Below, in pieces: positions 51,903-61,824 of a DNA stretch of 64,000 nt (positions are counted from its first letter, which is position 1; every line of letters starts with the position of its first letter). The notes beneath the pieces were generated by a model, which did no database searches, was not told the DNA's origin, and worked only from the letters and a program-made list of their open reading frames with translations. The DNA lies in the sequence record NZ_OX291475.1; one strand, given 5' to 3'. Origin of the DNA: a plasmid. The position numbers were made by a program, and so were the translations under genes.

Positions 51903-53393
51903 ATGTATGAGAAACGTGGTTCAACCTATATCCATTTAGATTTGGCCAATTCTGACGCCCCAACGCTGTATGTGTCTGACGCGCACAATAACAGTCTGGC
52001 CGTCACGTCAGAGATTGCCGGCGCGTATAAGAAATACCCCAGACTGCAGGTTAAGCGGGTTCAGCTCGACAAGCTGAAAGAGTTGCAGCAAAGCCAGGTA
52101 ACCGACAATCCCGCGGCTAACGATTATTCCGCTCAACAGGCGAAAATCATCGGGTTTTTTCGGGAAGCCAAGAAGAAAGGCGCCAGTGATATTCATCTGC
52201 TGATCGGGATGAATAATGTGACTGTGGTGCAATTTCGTGTGCACGGCGACCTTGAAACGTTGACGCAGCTGGATCGCGCCGAAGGAATGACGCTGGCGTC
52301 GACGATTGTGATGTCCATGTGCGATGTGGCCGAGAAAAGCTTTAATCCCAATCGCGCTCAAGATGGGCGGGTGCGCAAAGAGTTTCTGCAGGGGCTTAAG
52401 TTATTCGGCGCACGTTATGCGCACACGCCGGCAGAATTTGGGTTGTATGTGGTGATGCGCATTTTGCCTGATGAAGGAAAGGCCCCCCCCACGCTGGACG
52501 AACTGGGTTTTTTACCGGAACAGCAAACGCTCATTCGTCGCATGCTGGCGCGGCCTGAAGGCGTCATTATCCTCTCCGGGCCGACCGGCTCCGGGAAAAG
52601 TACCTCCCTGCGTACATTCAGCGAGATGTACCTGTCTTTTACCGGTCACCGCAAACGCTTGATGACGCTGGAAGATCCGCCAGAGGGGTTGATTCTAGGG
52701 GCAGTTCAGACCCCCATCATTGCCGATAAAAACGATCCGGATGCCGTTAGTCGTGCCTGGGTTAGGTCTATTTCTGCCGCGTTGCGCTTGGATCCTGATG
52801 CCATGGTCGTCGGCGAAATTCGTGATGCCAACTCGGTTAAATCTGCACTGACGGCGGCCAAGTCCGGCCACCTGGTGGAAACCACGCTGCATGCGAATGA
52901 CGCTGTCGGCATTCTTGACCGTCTGACAGACACGTTGGGCATCCCTATGGGACAGGTGGCCGATCCTCAAGTCATGATCGGTTTAATCGCTCAACGACTG
53001 GTACAGCTGCTGTGTCCGCACTGCAAGAAAAGCTGGAGTGACGTCAGTGACGGCCTGGAAGACGAGAAAAAAGCGTTACTTGAGCGCTTTTGCCGCGTGG
53101 AGACGTTGGCCTTTCGCCATCCTGAGGGATGTGAGCACTGTTATAAGGGTGTGACGGGCCGGCGTGTCATTGCTGAAGTTATTCGTCCCGACGCCAAATT
53201 CATGGAGCTGTTTCGTCATGAGGGCAAGCTGGCCGCGCGCAGTTATTGGGTGAATGTGCTGTGCGGCATTACCCGCGGTCAGCACCTATTGCGTTATCTC
53301 GATGCCGGGCTGGTCGACCCGATTGATGCGGATTACATCAGTCCGCTTGACGAGGACAGTCTGACCTTGCTACCCCCGGAGGTCATATCATGA
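51903..53393 (+). CDS. pilQ: PilQ type IV pilus assembly ATPase (GspE/PilB family)
   Basis: Walker A GPTGSGKST. Tetracysteine CPHC...CEHC. 496 aa. Confidence 0.85.
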   Translation: MYEKRGSTYIHLDLANSDAPTLYVSDAHNNSLAVTSEIAGAYKKYPRLQVKRVQLDKLKELQQSQVTDNPAANDYSAQQAKIIGFFREAKKKGASDIHLLIGMNNVTVVQFRVHGDLETLTQLDRAEGMTLASTIVMSMCDVAEKSFNPNRAQDGRVRKEFLQGLKLFGARYAHTPAEFGLYVVMRILPDEGKAPPTLDELGFLPEQQTLIRRMLARPEGVIILSGPTGSGKSTSLRTFSEMYLSFTGHRKRLMTLEDPPEGLILGAVQTPIIADKNDPDAVSRAWVRSISAALRLDPDAMVVGEIRDANSVKSALTAAKSGHLVETTLHANDAVGILDRLTDTLGIPMGQVADPQVMIGLIAQRLVQLLCPHCKKSWSDVSDGLEDEKKALLERFCRVETLAFRHPEGCEHCYKGVTGRRVIAEVIRPDAKFMELFRHEGKLAARSYWVNVLCGITRGQHLLRYLDAGLVDPIDADYISPLDEDSLTLLPPEVIS

Positions 53394-54505
53394 TTTCCCG
53401 CTTGCGTGAACGTCTGACGGCATTGCGGGGCAATATGCCGTCATCGGAAAAAATGAATGAGGGCTTAGGCCGTTGGTTGGCGCAGAAAACCTTCTCTACG
53501 GCCGACCGCCTGACGCTCTATGAAGACCTGGCTTTCCTGCTCGACAATAACCTTAAAGTAGAAAAAGCCATCAATTCAATGATAGGGAGCTACGGGAACA
53601 AGCGCCCCCCGGTGGTCTATTGTCTGGAGGATATGCTCAGTGCATTGCGTCAGGGCAGATCAGTCGATCAGGGATTGGCGCCATGGATACCCCGACAGGA
53701 AGCCGCCATCCTCAGCTCCGGTGTTCAGGACGGTAACCTGGCTGCCGCCTTATATCGGGCGATCACCGTGGTTCAGGGGATGTCGGATATGAAATCAGCG
53801 CTGGTTTCCACACTGGCTTACCCGACGCTGCTGATGGCAACCACGTTCGCCATGATGAAGATGGTGACTGTCTATTTTTTGCCCCGCCTGGTGTCATTAT
53901 CCTCCCGAGAAAACTGGGCAGGAGGGCTGTGGTGGCTCAGTGCCATCTCAGAATTCTTTGTCAATAATGCCGTAGTTCTCAGTGGGCTGATGATCTTGTT
54001 AATTGGGTTCGTTGTTTGGTCAATGCCCAATCTGATTGGGAAAATACGACAGCATGTTTTGGACCGTTTATTGCCCTGGAGTGTGTATCGCGACGTACTT
54101 GGCGTAGGCTTCCTGCTGAATTTCAGTGCGTTGATGCGTGCTCAGGTGAAGACGGAAGACGCCATCGAGATGCTGAGTCGCTATGCGCCGCCCTGGTTGT
54201 ATGAACGATTGGCCGCCACTCAGCGTCAGGTTAAACAAGGTGACCACCTGGGGCTGGCATTACGCAATGCCGGCTACGGATTTCCCTCCCCACGCGCTAT
54301 CGACAAGTTGGTCCTGCTAACCGATGGCGATAACGCTGAAATCATAATTGAAAATTTTGCACGGGCCTGGCTTGTGCAAACCGTAGCCCGGATCAAGCGG
54401 ACGGCATCTTTGCTTTCTTACATCGCATTGAGCACCAACGCTGGCTACATGATCCTGATCCTCCTGGCCACACAAAACCTCAATGACCTCGTGGGTGCAC
54501 GTTAG
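53390..54505 (+). CDS. pilR: PilR inner-membrane platform protein (GspF/PilC family)
   Basis: 371 aa, polytopic, coupled to pilQ. Confidence 0.7.
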   Translation: MISRLRERLTALRGNMPSSEKMNEGLGRWLAQKTFSTADRLTLYEDLAFLLDNNLKVEKAINSMIGSYGNKRPPVVYCLEDMLSALRQGRSVDQGLAPWIPRQEAAILSSGVQDGNLAAALYRAITVVQGMSDMKSALVSTLAYPTLLMATTFAMMKMVTVYFLPRLVSLSSRENWAGGLWWLSAISEFFVNNAVVLSGLMILLIGFVVWSMPNLIGKIRQHVLDRLLPWSVYRDVLGVGFLLNFSALMRAQVKTEDAIEMLSRYAPPWLYERLAATQRQVKQGDHLGLALRNAGYGFPSPRAIDKLVLLTDGDNAEIIIENFARAWLVQTVARIKRTASLLSYIALSTNAGYMILILLATQNLNDLVGAR

Positions 54506-54540
54506 CCCCCCACTCTTTTAAAAACCTAAAGGAAACAGTA

Positions 54541-55131
54541 ATGGAACTGACACAAACCCCTCACTCGGCCGTCAACCGTGGAGCTCTCAACCTGCTTGAA
54601 GCGGCCATTTTTTTTGTTCTTGTACTCCTGGTCTTAGCTCTAGCCATTACCCAAGGAGGCGCTTTATTTAATCGTAACGACGCCAGCACTGAGTACGCCA
54701 ATGCTGCAGAACTTATGACCAATACTCGGACCATGTTGAAAACCTCGGGTACTTATAACTTTGCTGCAGCTGATGCCATGACGGGTGCACTGATCCAGTT
54801 TGGTGGGGCTCCTGCCAACATGACAGTAGTAGGCACAAAGTCATCCGGGTCCGCGAAATTACAAAACCTGTGGGGCGGCGCGGTCACAGTGCAACCTGTT
54901 GCCACTGCAGGCGGTCAAAAATCCACATTCTCACTGACCTACGCGGCAATCCCTCAGGAAGCCTGTATTACCCTAGCGACCAAACTGAGTGCGGCACCGA
55001 GTGTTGTGACCACTATGGTAAACGGCACATCGACTAATGGCGCGATCGCTGCCAGCGCCATTGGCGCGCAGTGCACTGCAGATAAAGGCTCCGTTGGTCA
55101 AAACACCCTCACTTTCACCAGCAACACCTGA
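54541..55131 (+). CDS. pilS: PilS type IVb prepilin (major pilin)
   Basis: Long leader ending NRG, followed by a hydrophobic N-terminal helix ALNLLEAAIFFVLVLLVLALAI. Confidence 0.75.
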   Translation: MELTQTPHSAVNRGALNLLEAAIFFVLVLLVLALAITQGGALFNRNDASTEYANAAELMTNTRTMLKTSGTYNFAAADAMTGALIQFGGAPANMTVVGTKSSGSAKLQNLWGGAVTVQPVATAGGQKSTFSLTYAAIPQEACITLATKLSAAPSVVTTMVNGTSTNGAIAASAIGAQCTADKGSVGQNTLTFTSNT

Positions 55132-55185
55132 TGCCCATCCCGCCGGTAACGTCCTGTTGCCGGCCTCCTTCTGGAGTGCATTCTT

Positions 55186-55671
55186 ATGTTGTTTTCATTT
55201 CAACGTGCCTTGTCCTGCCTGGTGCTGGGCGGGGCGTTATTATTATCGCTGCCGGCACAGGCGTTCTGTTTTAACGAGGCGGGCGCCCGCTATAAAGTCG
55301 ACCCCTTATTACTGCGTTCAATGGCCACCGTTGAAAGCAGTCTTAACCCACGTGCTATCGGCAATAATCGCGATAAAAAAGGACGGGTCACCAGCCGAGA
55401 CTTCGGGCTGATGCAGATTAATGACCGACACATACCCCAGCTGCGTGCGCTGGGCATTATTCAAAGTGAGCAGGACCTGCTGACAAATACGTGTCTCAAC
55501 GTACAGATAGGGGCCTGGATACTGGCAAAACATCTCAAGCAATGCGGCGTCAATTGGCAATGCCTCGGTTCCTACAATGCCGGGTTTGCTGACAACAACG
55601 GTCCGCGGCGCATGATATATGCGCGGAAAGTGTATGCGATGTACATGAAACTTAAGGGCGGTGCAGCCTGA
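55186..55671 (+). CDS. pilT: PilT-like lytic transglycosylase (SLT domain)
   Basis: SLT catalytic region ..MATVESSLNPRAIGNN....GLMQIN.. Confidence 0.75.
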   Translation: MLFSFQRALSCLVLGGALLLSLPAQAFCFNEAGARYKVDPLLLRSMATVESSLNPRAIGNNRDKKGRVTSRDFGLMQINDRHIPQLRALGIIQSEQDLLTNTCLNVQIGAWILAKHLKQCGVNWQCLGSYNAGFADNNGPRRMIYARKVYAMYMKLKGGAA

Positions 55672-56339
55672 TGACCCTGTATCTCCTGAAGTTCTCGTTA
55701 CTGATGGCCTTCGCCAGCGCCACTTTGTGCATTGGTGCCCAACCGTTGGTTCACGGGGCGAAACAATTCTTGCGGAAGCATGATGGTCCGCCACTCACCC
55801 GGCTGCAGGTCAGAGGCGTCACAATCGTTTTCGCCGGTACCGGTACTGTCCTGATCGCAACAACAGCACTCGCGGGTTTCCCCTGGTTAGGAACGGTCAA
55901 AATTCTGGGGCTGTTTGCGTGTGCTATTCCCATGGTGCTGCTTGATATGCGCAATTACTGGCTCCCGCTGCGTTATACCTCCGTTTTTTGGCTGACAGGT
56001 CTGCTGTTTACCTGTTTGCCTGGGAGCACACTCACCCTGACGGAGGCGCTCACAGGCAGTATCGGTATGTTTATGTTCCTCTATGCCTTTCACTACGGCG
56101 CCAAACGCCTGCGGGGTGAAGAAGGGTTTGGTCTGGGCGATGTGCATTTGATTGCCGCGCTGTGTGCCTGGTTTCCCTGGCGATTGGCTAGCGTGCTGAG
56201 TGGATGTGCCTTCTTGCTGTTTATCGTCGGCGCGTTGCTGACGAAAAAAACGGTTCAACCTTATGCCCCCTGGCTGTTCGCCTTACTGGCGATTTTGGCC
56301 GGAAGCTTCCCTCAACTGACCCTATCAGGTGCCTTATGA
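55671..56339 (+). CDS. pilU: PilU prepilin peptidase (A24 family)
   Basis: Polytopic. GLGDVHLIAAL motif typical of the A24 aspartic peptidase. Confidence 0.7.
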   Translation: MTLYLLKFSLLMAFASATLCIGAQPLVHGAKQFLRKHDGPPLTRLQVRGVTIVFAGTGTVLIATTALAGFPWLGTVKILGLFACAIPMVLLDMRNYWLPLRYTSVFWLTGLLFTCLPGSTLTLTEALTGSIGMFMFLYAFHYGAKRLRGEEGFGLGDVHLIAALCAWFPWRLASVLSGCAFLLFIVGALLTKKTVQPYAPWLFALLAILAGSFPQLTLSGAL

Positions 56340-57721
56340 CTGCTGAAATTGCCAACCCTCGTATCAACCGGGGGATGTCGTTGATCTCAATGGCCATCGT
56401 GCTTGGGATTGTGTTGATTGCCGCCCCTATCGGGCTGGAAAGATATTCCAACTATATAGAGGAACAAACCTGGGTCGTGACAGCCACACACCTGAGCACG
56501 GTGAGCCAGGGTGCACGCCGATACGTCAAAGATAACTATGATGCCTTGCTGAATCAGGTTAAAGGGGGTGGAAACGTCACGGTAACCGGACAGACTCTGC
56601 GCGATAAAGGGTATTTACCGGCGGGCTTTTCTCTGACCAACAATAACGCCCAAACCTATATTCTTGCCGTGACACGCAATCCTGCGCAAACCGACAAACT
56701 GGTCGCCTTTGTTTTGACCGCTGGCGGTCAGAACATTGCGTTCAAGGGCCAACGCTATATTGCTCAGAATACTTCTGGCTTGGGGGGTTATATCGAACCC
56801 GTTAATGTGGCCAACGGCGCCGGCGGTGGCTGGCAGGTCAACCTATCGAATTTGGGGCTCAGCGGGCAGAGTGGTCACTTGGCAGCCTATCTGACGTCTG
56901 ATGTATTGGCTGGAGGAGCGGAAGAAAGTGATCGCCTGTATCGTTTCCAGGTTAACGGTCGTCCCGACCTCAACAAAATGCATACTGCGATCGATATGGG
57001 GGCCAATGACCTGCATAACGCAAATATTGTTGATGCAAATACGGGTAACTTCAAGCAAAACGTCAACGGGCAGAATGTCTATGCGAGTGCGGATATGTCG
57101 GCAAATCGTATTTCATCCAACACTTCGGTTTGGGCCGGGGGCTGGATTGGGGCTGTCGGGGATGTCCGGAGTGATACTGGTTGGCTCATCAGTAAACACG
57201 GGAAAGGCTGGCTCAATGAAGATCACGGTGGCGGATTTTATATGGATGATAATGACTGGATCCGCTCGGTTAATAACAAAGGTATATATACAGGAGGGCA
57301 GCTAAAAGGCGGAACTGTTAGGGCCGACGGGCGAGCTTCCGTTGGTGAATATTTGCAACTTGATGGTACAGCCAACGCAGGGTGGGGATGTAGTCCAAAT
57401 GGACTCGTAGGAAGAACGCCCGAAGGTATTCTACTTTCTTGCCAGAACGGAATTTGGAAATCATTAGGTGCGCTAGATACATTTAATGTAACTAGCGATG
57501 AGCAATGTCAAAATCTCAAAGAAGCGAGAGCCTATTGCCCCGCGGGAACAAAATTAGTGTCTGGAGGATATCGACTGTCTCGTTGGACGGCTAGTGATGC
57601 AGCACATAACTCTCCTGACGCTGCTTATCCTGATATCTTTTCAAATAGCTGGATTGTGGTTACACCTAATAATGAATGGCGCACGACGTGCTTTCAGGCT
57701 ATTGCTATTTGTACTAAATGA
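56336..57721 (+). CDS. pilV: PilV minor pilin/adhesin (type IVb prepilin N-terminus, low-GC variable C-terminus)
   Basis: Leader ..NPRINRG followed by MSLISMAIVLGIVLIAAP. The last ~130 codons drop sharply in GC. Confidence 0.7.
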   Translation: MTAEIANPRINRGMSLISMAIVLGIVLIAAPIGLERYSNYIEEQTWVVTATHLSTVSQGARRYVKDNYDALLNQVKGGGNVTVTGQTLRDKGYLPAGFSLTNNNAQTYILAVTRNPAQTDKLVAFVLTAGGQNIAFKGQRYIAQNTSGLGGYIEPVNVANGAGGGWQVNLSNLGLSGQSGHLAAYLTSDVLAGGAEESDRLYRFQVNGRPDLNKMHTAIDMGANDLHNANIVDANTGNFKQNVNGQNVYASADMSANRISSNTSVWAGGWIGAVGDVRSDTGWLISKHGKGWLNEDHGGGFYMDDNDWIRSVNNKGIYTGGQLKGGTVRADGRASVGEYLQLDGTANAGWGCSPNGLVGRTPEGILLSCQNGIWKSLGALDTFNVTSDEQCQNLKEARAYCPAGTKLVSGGYRLSRWTASDAAHNSPDAAYPDIFSNSWIVVTPNNEWRTTCFQAIAICTK

Positions 57722-57800
57722 CATAAGGATATTGAGAGTGGAGTTTCATAACTCAATGTAATATAATTTATTTTTAATTCATTCAATTTTAAGAACTTTT

Positions 57801-58877
57801 ATGAAAAATGATAAATTGGCAAGCATTCAAGTACTGAGAGGACTTGCAGCGCTTGCTGTTATGCTATTTCACTTCCGCTGGAATATAAATCTGTCCTATC
57901 CTAAATTGGGCGATCAGTTATTCGGATGGGGGGCAATTGGTGTTGATATGTTTTTCATAATCAGTGGGTTTGTTATCACGCTTTCAGCAAAGAAACTAAC
58001 ACCAGGACTATCGGCGGTAGGGATGTTTTTGAAACACCGCGCAAGGCGAATACTACCGACCTACTTTATTATCCTGCTAATTACTTTCCTTTTGTCTGGG
58101 GCCATGAGTACGTTCCATTATCCAGAGAAAGTGAGTAATTTTGCGAGCGCACTCACTTTCTCACCAATCGATGCCAATAACGCTCCATTCTATGTTGATG
58201 ATGGCGGTGTCTATGGTATTCGATGGACATTGAACTACGAAGTTTTTTTCTACTTGGCAATGGCAATTTGTCTTATATCAAAATATCGATGGCCACTGTT
58301 GCTTGGTGTGTTTTCGTTAAGCCTGGTTGTTTTACCTATGTTGGCTGGGCAATCACCAACCTTGGCGGTTAGTGGCTATCAATTTCATTCAGCTTACTTA
58401 AATTTAATGACTAATCCCATCATATGGCAGTTTTTGGTTGGTGTTGGGTTTGGACTTATCTATCCCTATGCAAAAAAATTAAATAGTCAATTATGTTTAG
58501 CAATGCTAGCTGTGGCAATAGTTGTTACTGGGTACTGCATTCTATTTACATCATCACTGGGTCATGGGTTAATGATGTCAGGATGGTATCTGTCAATTTT
58601 GTTTATTGCTGTAATTTTAAATGACGAACTTATAGCGAAATACACGCCAAGATTTTTAGTCACTTTTGGAGAAATATCATTCTCTCTCTATCTCATACAC
58701 ACGCTAATGAATGGTGGGATAGGAAATCGTCTTGAAAATCTTGGTGTACCCGATGGCACCCCAAGATTTATTTGGTCATGCGTCATTTCCATAGGATTAG
58801 CCTACTTGTCGCATAGGTTTATTGAAAAACCTATGCGTTGGGGAAAAATAAAAGCTGTAAAGATTCAGGAAGCGTAG
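57801..58877 (+). CDS. Acyltransferase family 3 (OafA/YrhL-like) membrane protein
   Basis: VLRGLAALAVMLFHF at the N-terminus. ~10 TM segments. AT-rich (~35% GC) relative to flanking DNA. Confidence 0.75.
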   Translation: MKNDKLASIQVLRGLAALAVMLFHFRWNINLSYPKLGDQLFGWGAIGVDMFFIISGFVITLSAKKLTPGLSAVGMFLKHRARRILPTYFIILLITFLLSGAMSTFHYPEKVSNFASALTFSPIDANNAPFYVDDGGVYGIRWTLNYEVFFYLAMAICLISKYRWPLLLGVFSLSLVVLPMLAGQSPTLAVSGYQFHSAYLNLMTNPIIWQFLVGVGFGLIYPYAKKLNSQLCLAMLAVAIVVTGYCILFTSSLGHGLMMSGWYLSILFIAVILNDELIAKYTPRFLVTFGEISFSLYLIHTLMNGGIGNRLENLGVPDGTPRFIWSCVISIGLAYLSHRFIEKPMRWGKIKAVKIQEA

Positions 58878-58879
58878 TT

Positions 58880-58912
58880 AAAAAAAGGGGGGAAGCCCCC
58901 TTTTCCATATTC
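58880..58912 (+). terminator. Rho-independent terminator
   Basis: AAAAAGGGGGGAAGCCCCCTTTTCC. Confidence 0.65.
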
Positions 58913-58977
58913 CCTACCATGCCCATAGCTAAATCTCTCATAATTGCAAAAACCTCGAATATATAGGATAAAGAAAC

Positions 58978-59442
58978 ATGAAAATTTCTTGCATGTTATT
59001 CTTTTTGCCTGTGGTGCTTAGTGGATGTCAACTCCCAGCTAAAAGCACTACAGTCATGCCGCTTCAAAATACGGACATTCAATATGATACTCAGGAAATT
59101 CAAAACACACAGAATACTTTGTATTTTTCTGGAGTTATAAATCAAAAAAAAACCACCTTATTTACACCAGGAATTAGTGCTAACTCTCAGCGAGTTTCGG
59201 TAGATTGGGATGGAGATGCTATCGAACTGCTCAGTCAGTTAGCGCATCAACGCGGTTTGTCCTTTGCCTATACGGGCGTTCGCCTGCCCCTGCCCCTGAC
59301 AATCCATGTACAGGCCGCAACCTTTGAACAGGTTCTGCGTTTGGTTCGCGCCCAGATCGATTGGCGAGCTCAGTTGGATCAGCAGCCAACAGAGCTACGG
59401 CTCTATTTCATGTTGCCCCTGAAAAAAGGAAAACTGGCATGA
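58978..59442 (+). CDS. traH: DotD/TraH-like T4bSS outer-membrane lipoprotein
   Basis: Lipobox LSGC. Followed by DotC- and DotB-like genes in the conserved IncI/Dot order. Confidence 0.5.
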   Translation: MKISCMLFFLPVVLSGCQLPAKSTTVMPLQNTDIQYDTQEIQNTQNTLYFSGVINQKKTTLFTPGISANSQRVSVDWDGDAIELLSQLAHQRGLSFAYTGVRLPLPLTIHVQAATFEQVLRLVRAQIDWRAQLDQQPTELRLYFMLPLKKGKLA

Positions 59443-60227
59443 CACGAAAAGCCCTGGCCCTGTGCCTGGCACTTGTCACGGTGCCGGCTATCGGGGCTAC
59501 AACTGAATCATCCCCGCCACCAAGTATTGATGCCTATTTGTCACCCAAGACAATAGACAAACATGGCCTTAACGACACGCTCTGGCAGCTACTAAATGAT
59601 GCAGGTCAAACCGTTGGTTTTCGTGGGGGAAAGGCTCAACGCGCCTGGGAGCTTCAACAGGCTCTGAATGGTCAGAACGATGCGCTTAATCGCCTATATA
59701 CGTTCGCCCCCCTCATCAGCAGACAAGGTTGGTTACCTCCGGTGATCGTAGCATCTGAATCTCTGGCCCACATTACCGATAGTCAGATCCGCACAGCTAA
59801 CAAGGTCTACAACATTCTCGTTCCCGAGCGATTTGTCAGTAACCCGCCGACCTGGCGCCAATATTTGCTGGCTGGCTTGGGCATCAACACAGACATTCCA
59901 ACGGAAATCCGTCCTAAAAATGGAGATGAGGAAAAAGTCTGGAGGGCAGCCATAGAGAAAGGGTGGCAGGAAGGGCGAGAAAGTGCCGACCGAACCCTAG
60001 AAAGTAATTTTGGACGACTGACCCGGGATTACACAGGAATGGTGCGTTATTCCACCCTTGTACAACAGGGCATGATCACACCACCAGTGGTCAGCGAACA
60101 ACTGCAGTCTGTCACCGGTTCGAAAGACAAGCTGATGCTGGGCGATAAAGTCCGTGACCTGAAACAACGTGCCGGCTTCGAGCTGGATAAAAAACGCTGG
60201 AAGCCCACGATAAACACCCAACAGTAA
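59439..60227 (+). CDS. traI: DotC/TraI-like T4bSS lipoprotein
   Basis: Signal peptide (MTRKALALCLALVTVPAIGA). Position in the conserved cluster. Confidence 0.5.
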   Translation: MTRKALALCLALVTVPAIGATTESSPPPSIDAYLSPKTIDKHGLNDTLWQLLNDAGQTVGFRGGKAQRAWELQQALNGQNDALNRLYTFAPLISRQGWLPPVIVASESLAHITDSQIRTANKVYNILVPERFVSNPPTWRQYLLAGLGINTDIPTEIRPKNGDEEKVWRAAIEKGWQEGRESADRTLESNFGRLTRDYTGMVRYSTLVQQGMITPPVVSEQLQSVTGSKDKLMLGDKVRDLKQRAGFELDKKRWKPTINTQQ

Positions 60228-60257
60228 TCAACATCACACTCAGCAAGGAGTGTCGAC

Positions 60258-61415
60258 ATGACGGATCTAGACAGTTTTGATTTCAGGGGCGGTCTTACCG
60301 CTGACAAACTCCGAGAATTCTTCGTTCACTGCTACCGCCACAACGTATCGGATATTCATCTGCAAAGTGGCAGTCCCATCGTTGTCGATCATCATGGTCG
60401 TAAGGTGGTCGCCGGTCAGTTCCCTCTGGAGCATGCCAATTTGGTTCGCCTGATTGATGAGGTATATACCCCGGATATCAAATCCCTCGTTCAGGGGGGG
60501 CAAGGGGCCGATCGTCCCCTGCAGTTAGAAGGTGACAATAATGGCCGTTTTGGGCTCGAACGCGGTGAGCGTGTCAGATTTCGGACCAACTTCATCCAGG
60601 CGACGATCGGTGCACTCAATACCGCCATTGCCATGACTCTGCGTATCATCCCGTCGAACATCCCCATCCTTGAGGATATGGGGATAGAAGAGGATTTGTT
60701 CCGCAGCTTTTTACCGATGGATGGCATGGGGTTGGTCTGCGGCCCAACGGGTTCGGGAAAGTCCACGCTTCTGGCCTCTGTATACCAGCATTACGGAGAA
60801 ACAAACCCTAACGGCAAATTGGTGACCTATGAGGATCCTGTCGAGTATTTGTTAAATAGCCCCCGATTGTTGCTGCGACCGCAGCAGTCTGAAATAGGAC
60901 GCGATGTACCCAGTTTTGCCCACGGCTTGCGTCTGGCTTTACGTCGGGCACCCCATATTATCGGCATCGGTGAAATCCGTGACCTTGAGACGCTCCAGGC
61001 TGCAGTCGCTTGCGCCCAGTCCGGACACTTAACGTTAGGTACACTTCACGCCTTCTCACCCGGGCATGCGTTTTCACGCTGTGTCTTAATGGCGCCCAAC
61101 GACTCACGTGAACAAATCGCCTTCGACCTTCTGGATGCCATGCGCTTTGTCGTTGTGCAACACCTGTTGCCGACGATCGATGGCAGACGCCAGGCCGTCA
61201 GGGAATATGTGCTGTTTGATGACGACTGGCGCCACCGGCTTGGACTCGAACACTACTCACGCTGGCCAGACATGATCAACGCAACGCTACGGGAAAAACA
61301 AAGTCGGATCGCAGATCAAGCCTGGACGATGTTTGTTGAAGGCCGCATCGATAGCCGTGTCGCAGAAAGAGTGATCGGTTGGCGGGAGTTCACCGATAAA
61401 CAACGGAGGCATTGA
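60258..61415 (+). CDS. traJ: DotB/TraJ-like T4SS ATPase (PilT/VirB11 family)
   Basis: Walker A GPTGSGKST. 385 aa. Confidence 0.8.
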   Translation: MTDLDSFDFRGGLTADKLREFFVHCYRHNVSDIHLQSGSPIVVDHHGRKVVAGQFPLEHANLVRLIDEVYTPDIKSLVQGGQGADRPLQLEGDNNGRFGLERGERVRFRTNFIQATIGALNTAIAMTLRIIPSNIPILEDMGIEEDLFRSFLPMDGMGLVCGPTGSGKSTLLASVYQHYGETNPNGKLVTYEDPVEYLLNSPRLLLRPQQSEIGRDVPSFAHGLRLALRRAPHIIGIGEIRDLETLQAAVACAQSGHLTLGTLHAFSPGHAFSRCVLMAPNDSREQIAFDLLDAMRFVVVQHLLPTIDGRRQAVREYVLFDDDWRHRLGLEHYSRWPDMINATLREKQSRIADQAWTMFVEGRIDSRVAERVIGWREFTDKQRRH

Positions 61416-61681
61416 TGGATAACGACTATTCCCCCTGGCTAGACAGTGGGCGGCCCGCCACCTTCTGGGGCATTCCCGTATTGGTTTATCTGGTGTTTCT
61501 TATCTGGGTCATTAGGCCAAGTCTGCCTATGTTCATATTTTGCATCGCCTTACTGATTTTTTACAAGGTGCTGGCCATCTTCGGTTACACGCTAACGGTG
61601 CTATTGCAACGCCTGCTGCACCGGCTGCGAGGAAACATCATTACCGGGCGACCTTGGTGGTATCGAAAATTTTTTGAATAG
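61412..61681 (+). CDS. traK: Small inner-membrane protein (TraK-like)
   Basis: 89 aa with two TM helices. Coupled to traJ. Confidence 0.45.
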   Translation: MMDNDYSPWLDSGRPATFWGIPVLVYLVFLIWVIRPSLPMFIFCIALLIFYKVLAIFGYTLTVLLQRLLHRLRGNIITGRPWWYRKFFE

Positions 61682-61824
61682 GAGCTGTGATGAAAGAACA
61701 ATATGCAAAATCTGACACGCCATTGCTGGCCGGCTATTTACTCCAATCCCTGATATACCGCCCTACTCGCATTTGGATTGGTATCTATTCGGGTAATGTC
61801 GACGAACTGGGCTGGGAGGGGATA

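Noticed and set aside
57300-57800. Shufflon (19-bp GTGCCAATCCGGT-type repeats) downstream of pilV
   Set aside because: I searched the pilV 3' end and downstream spacer by eye and found no such repeats and no rci gene.
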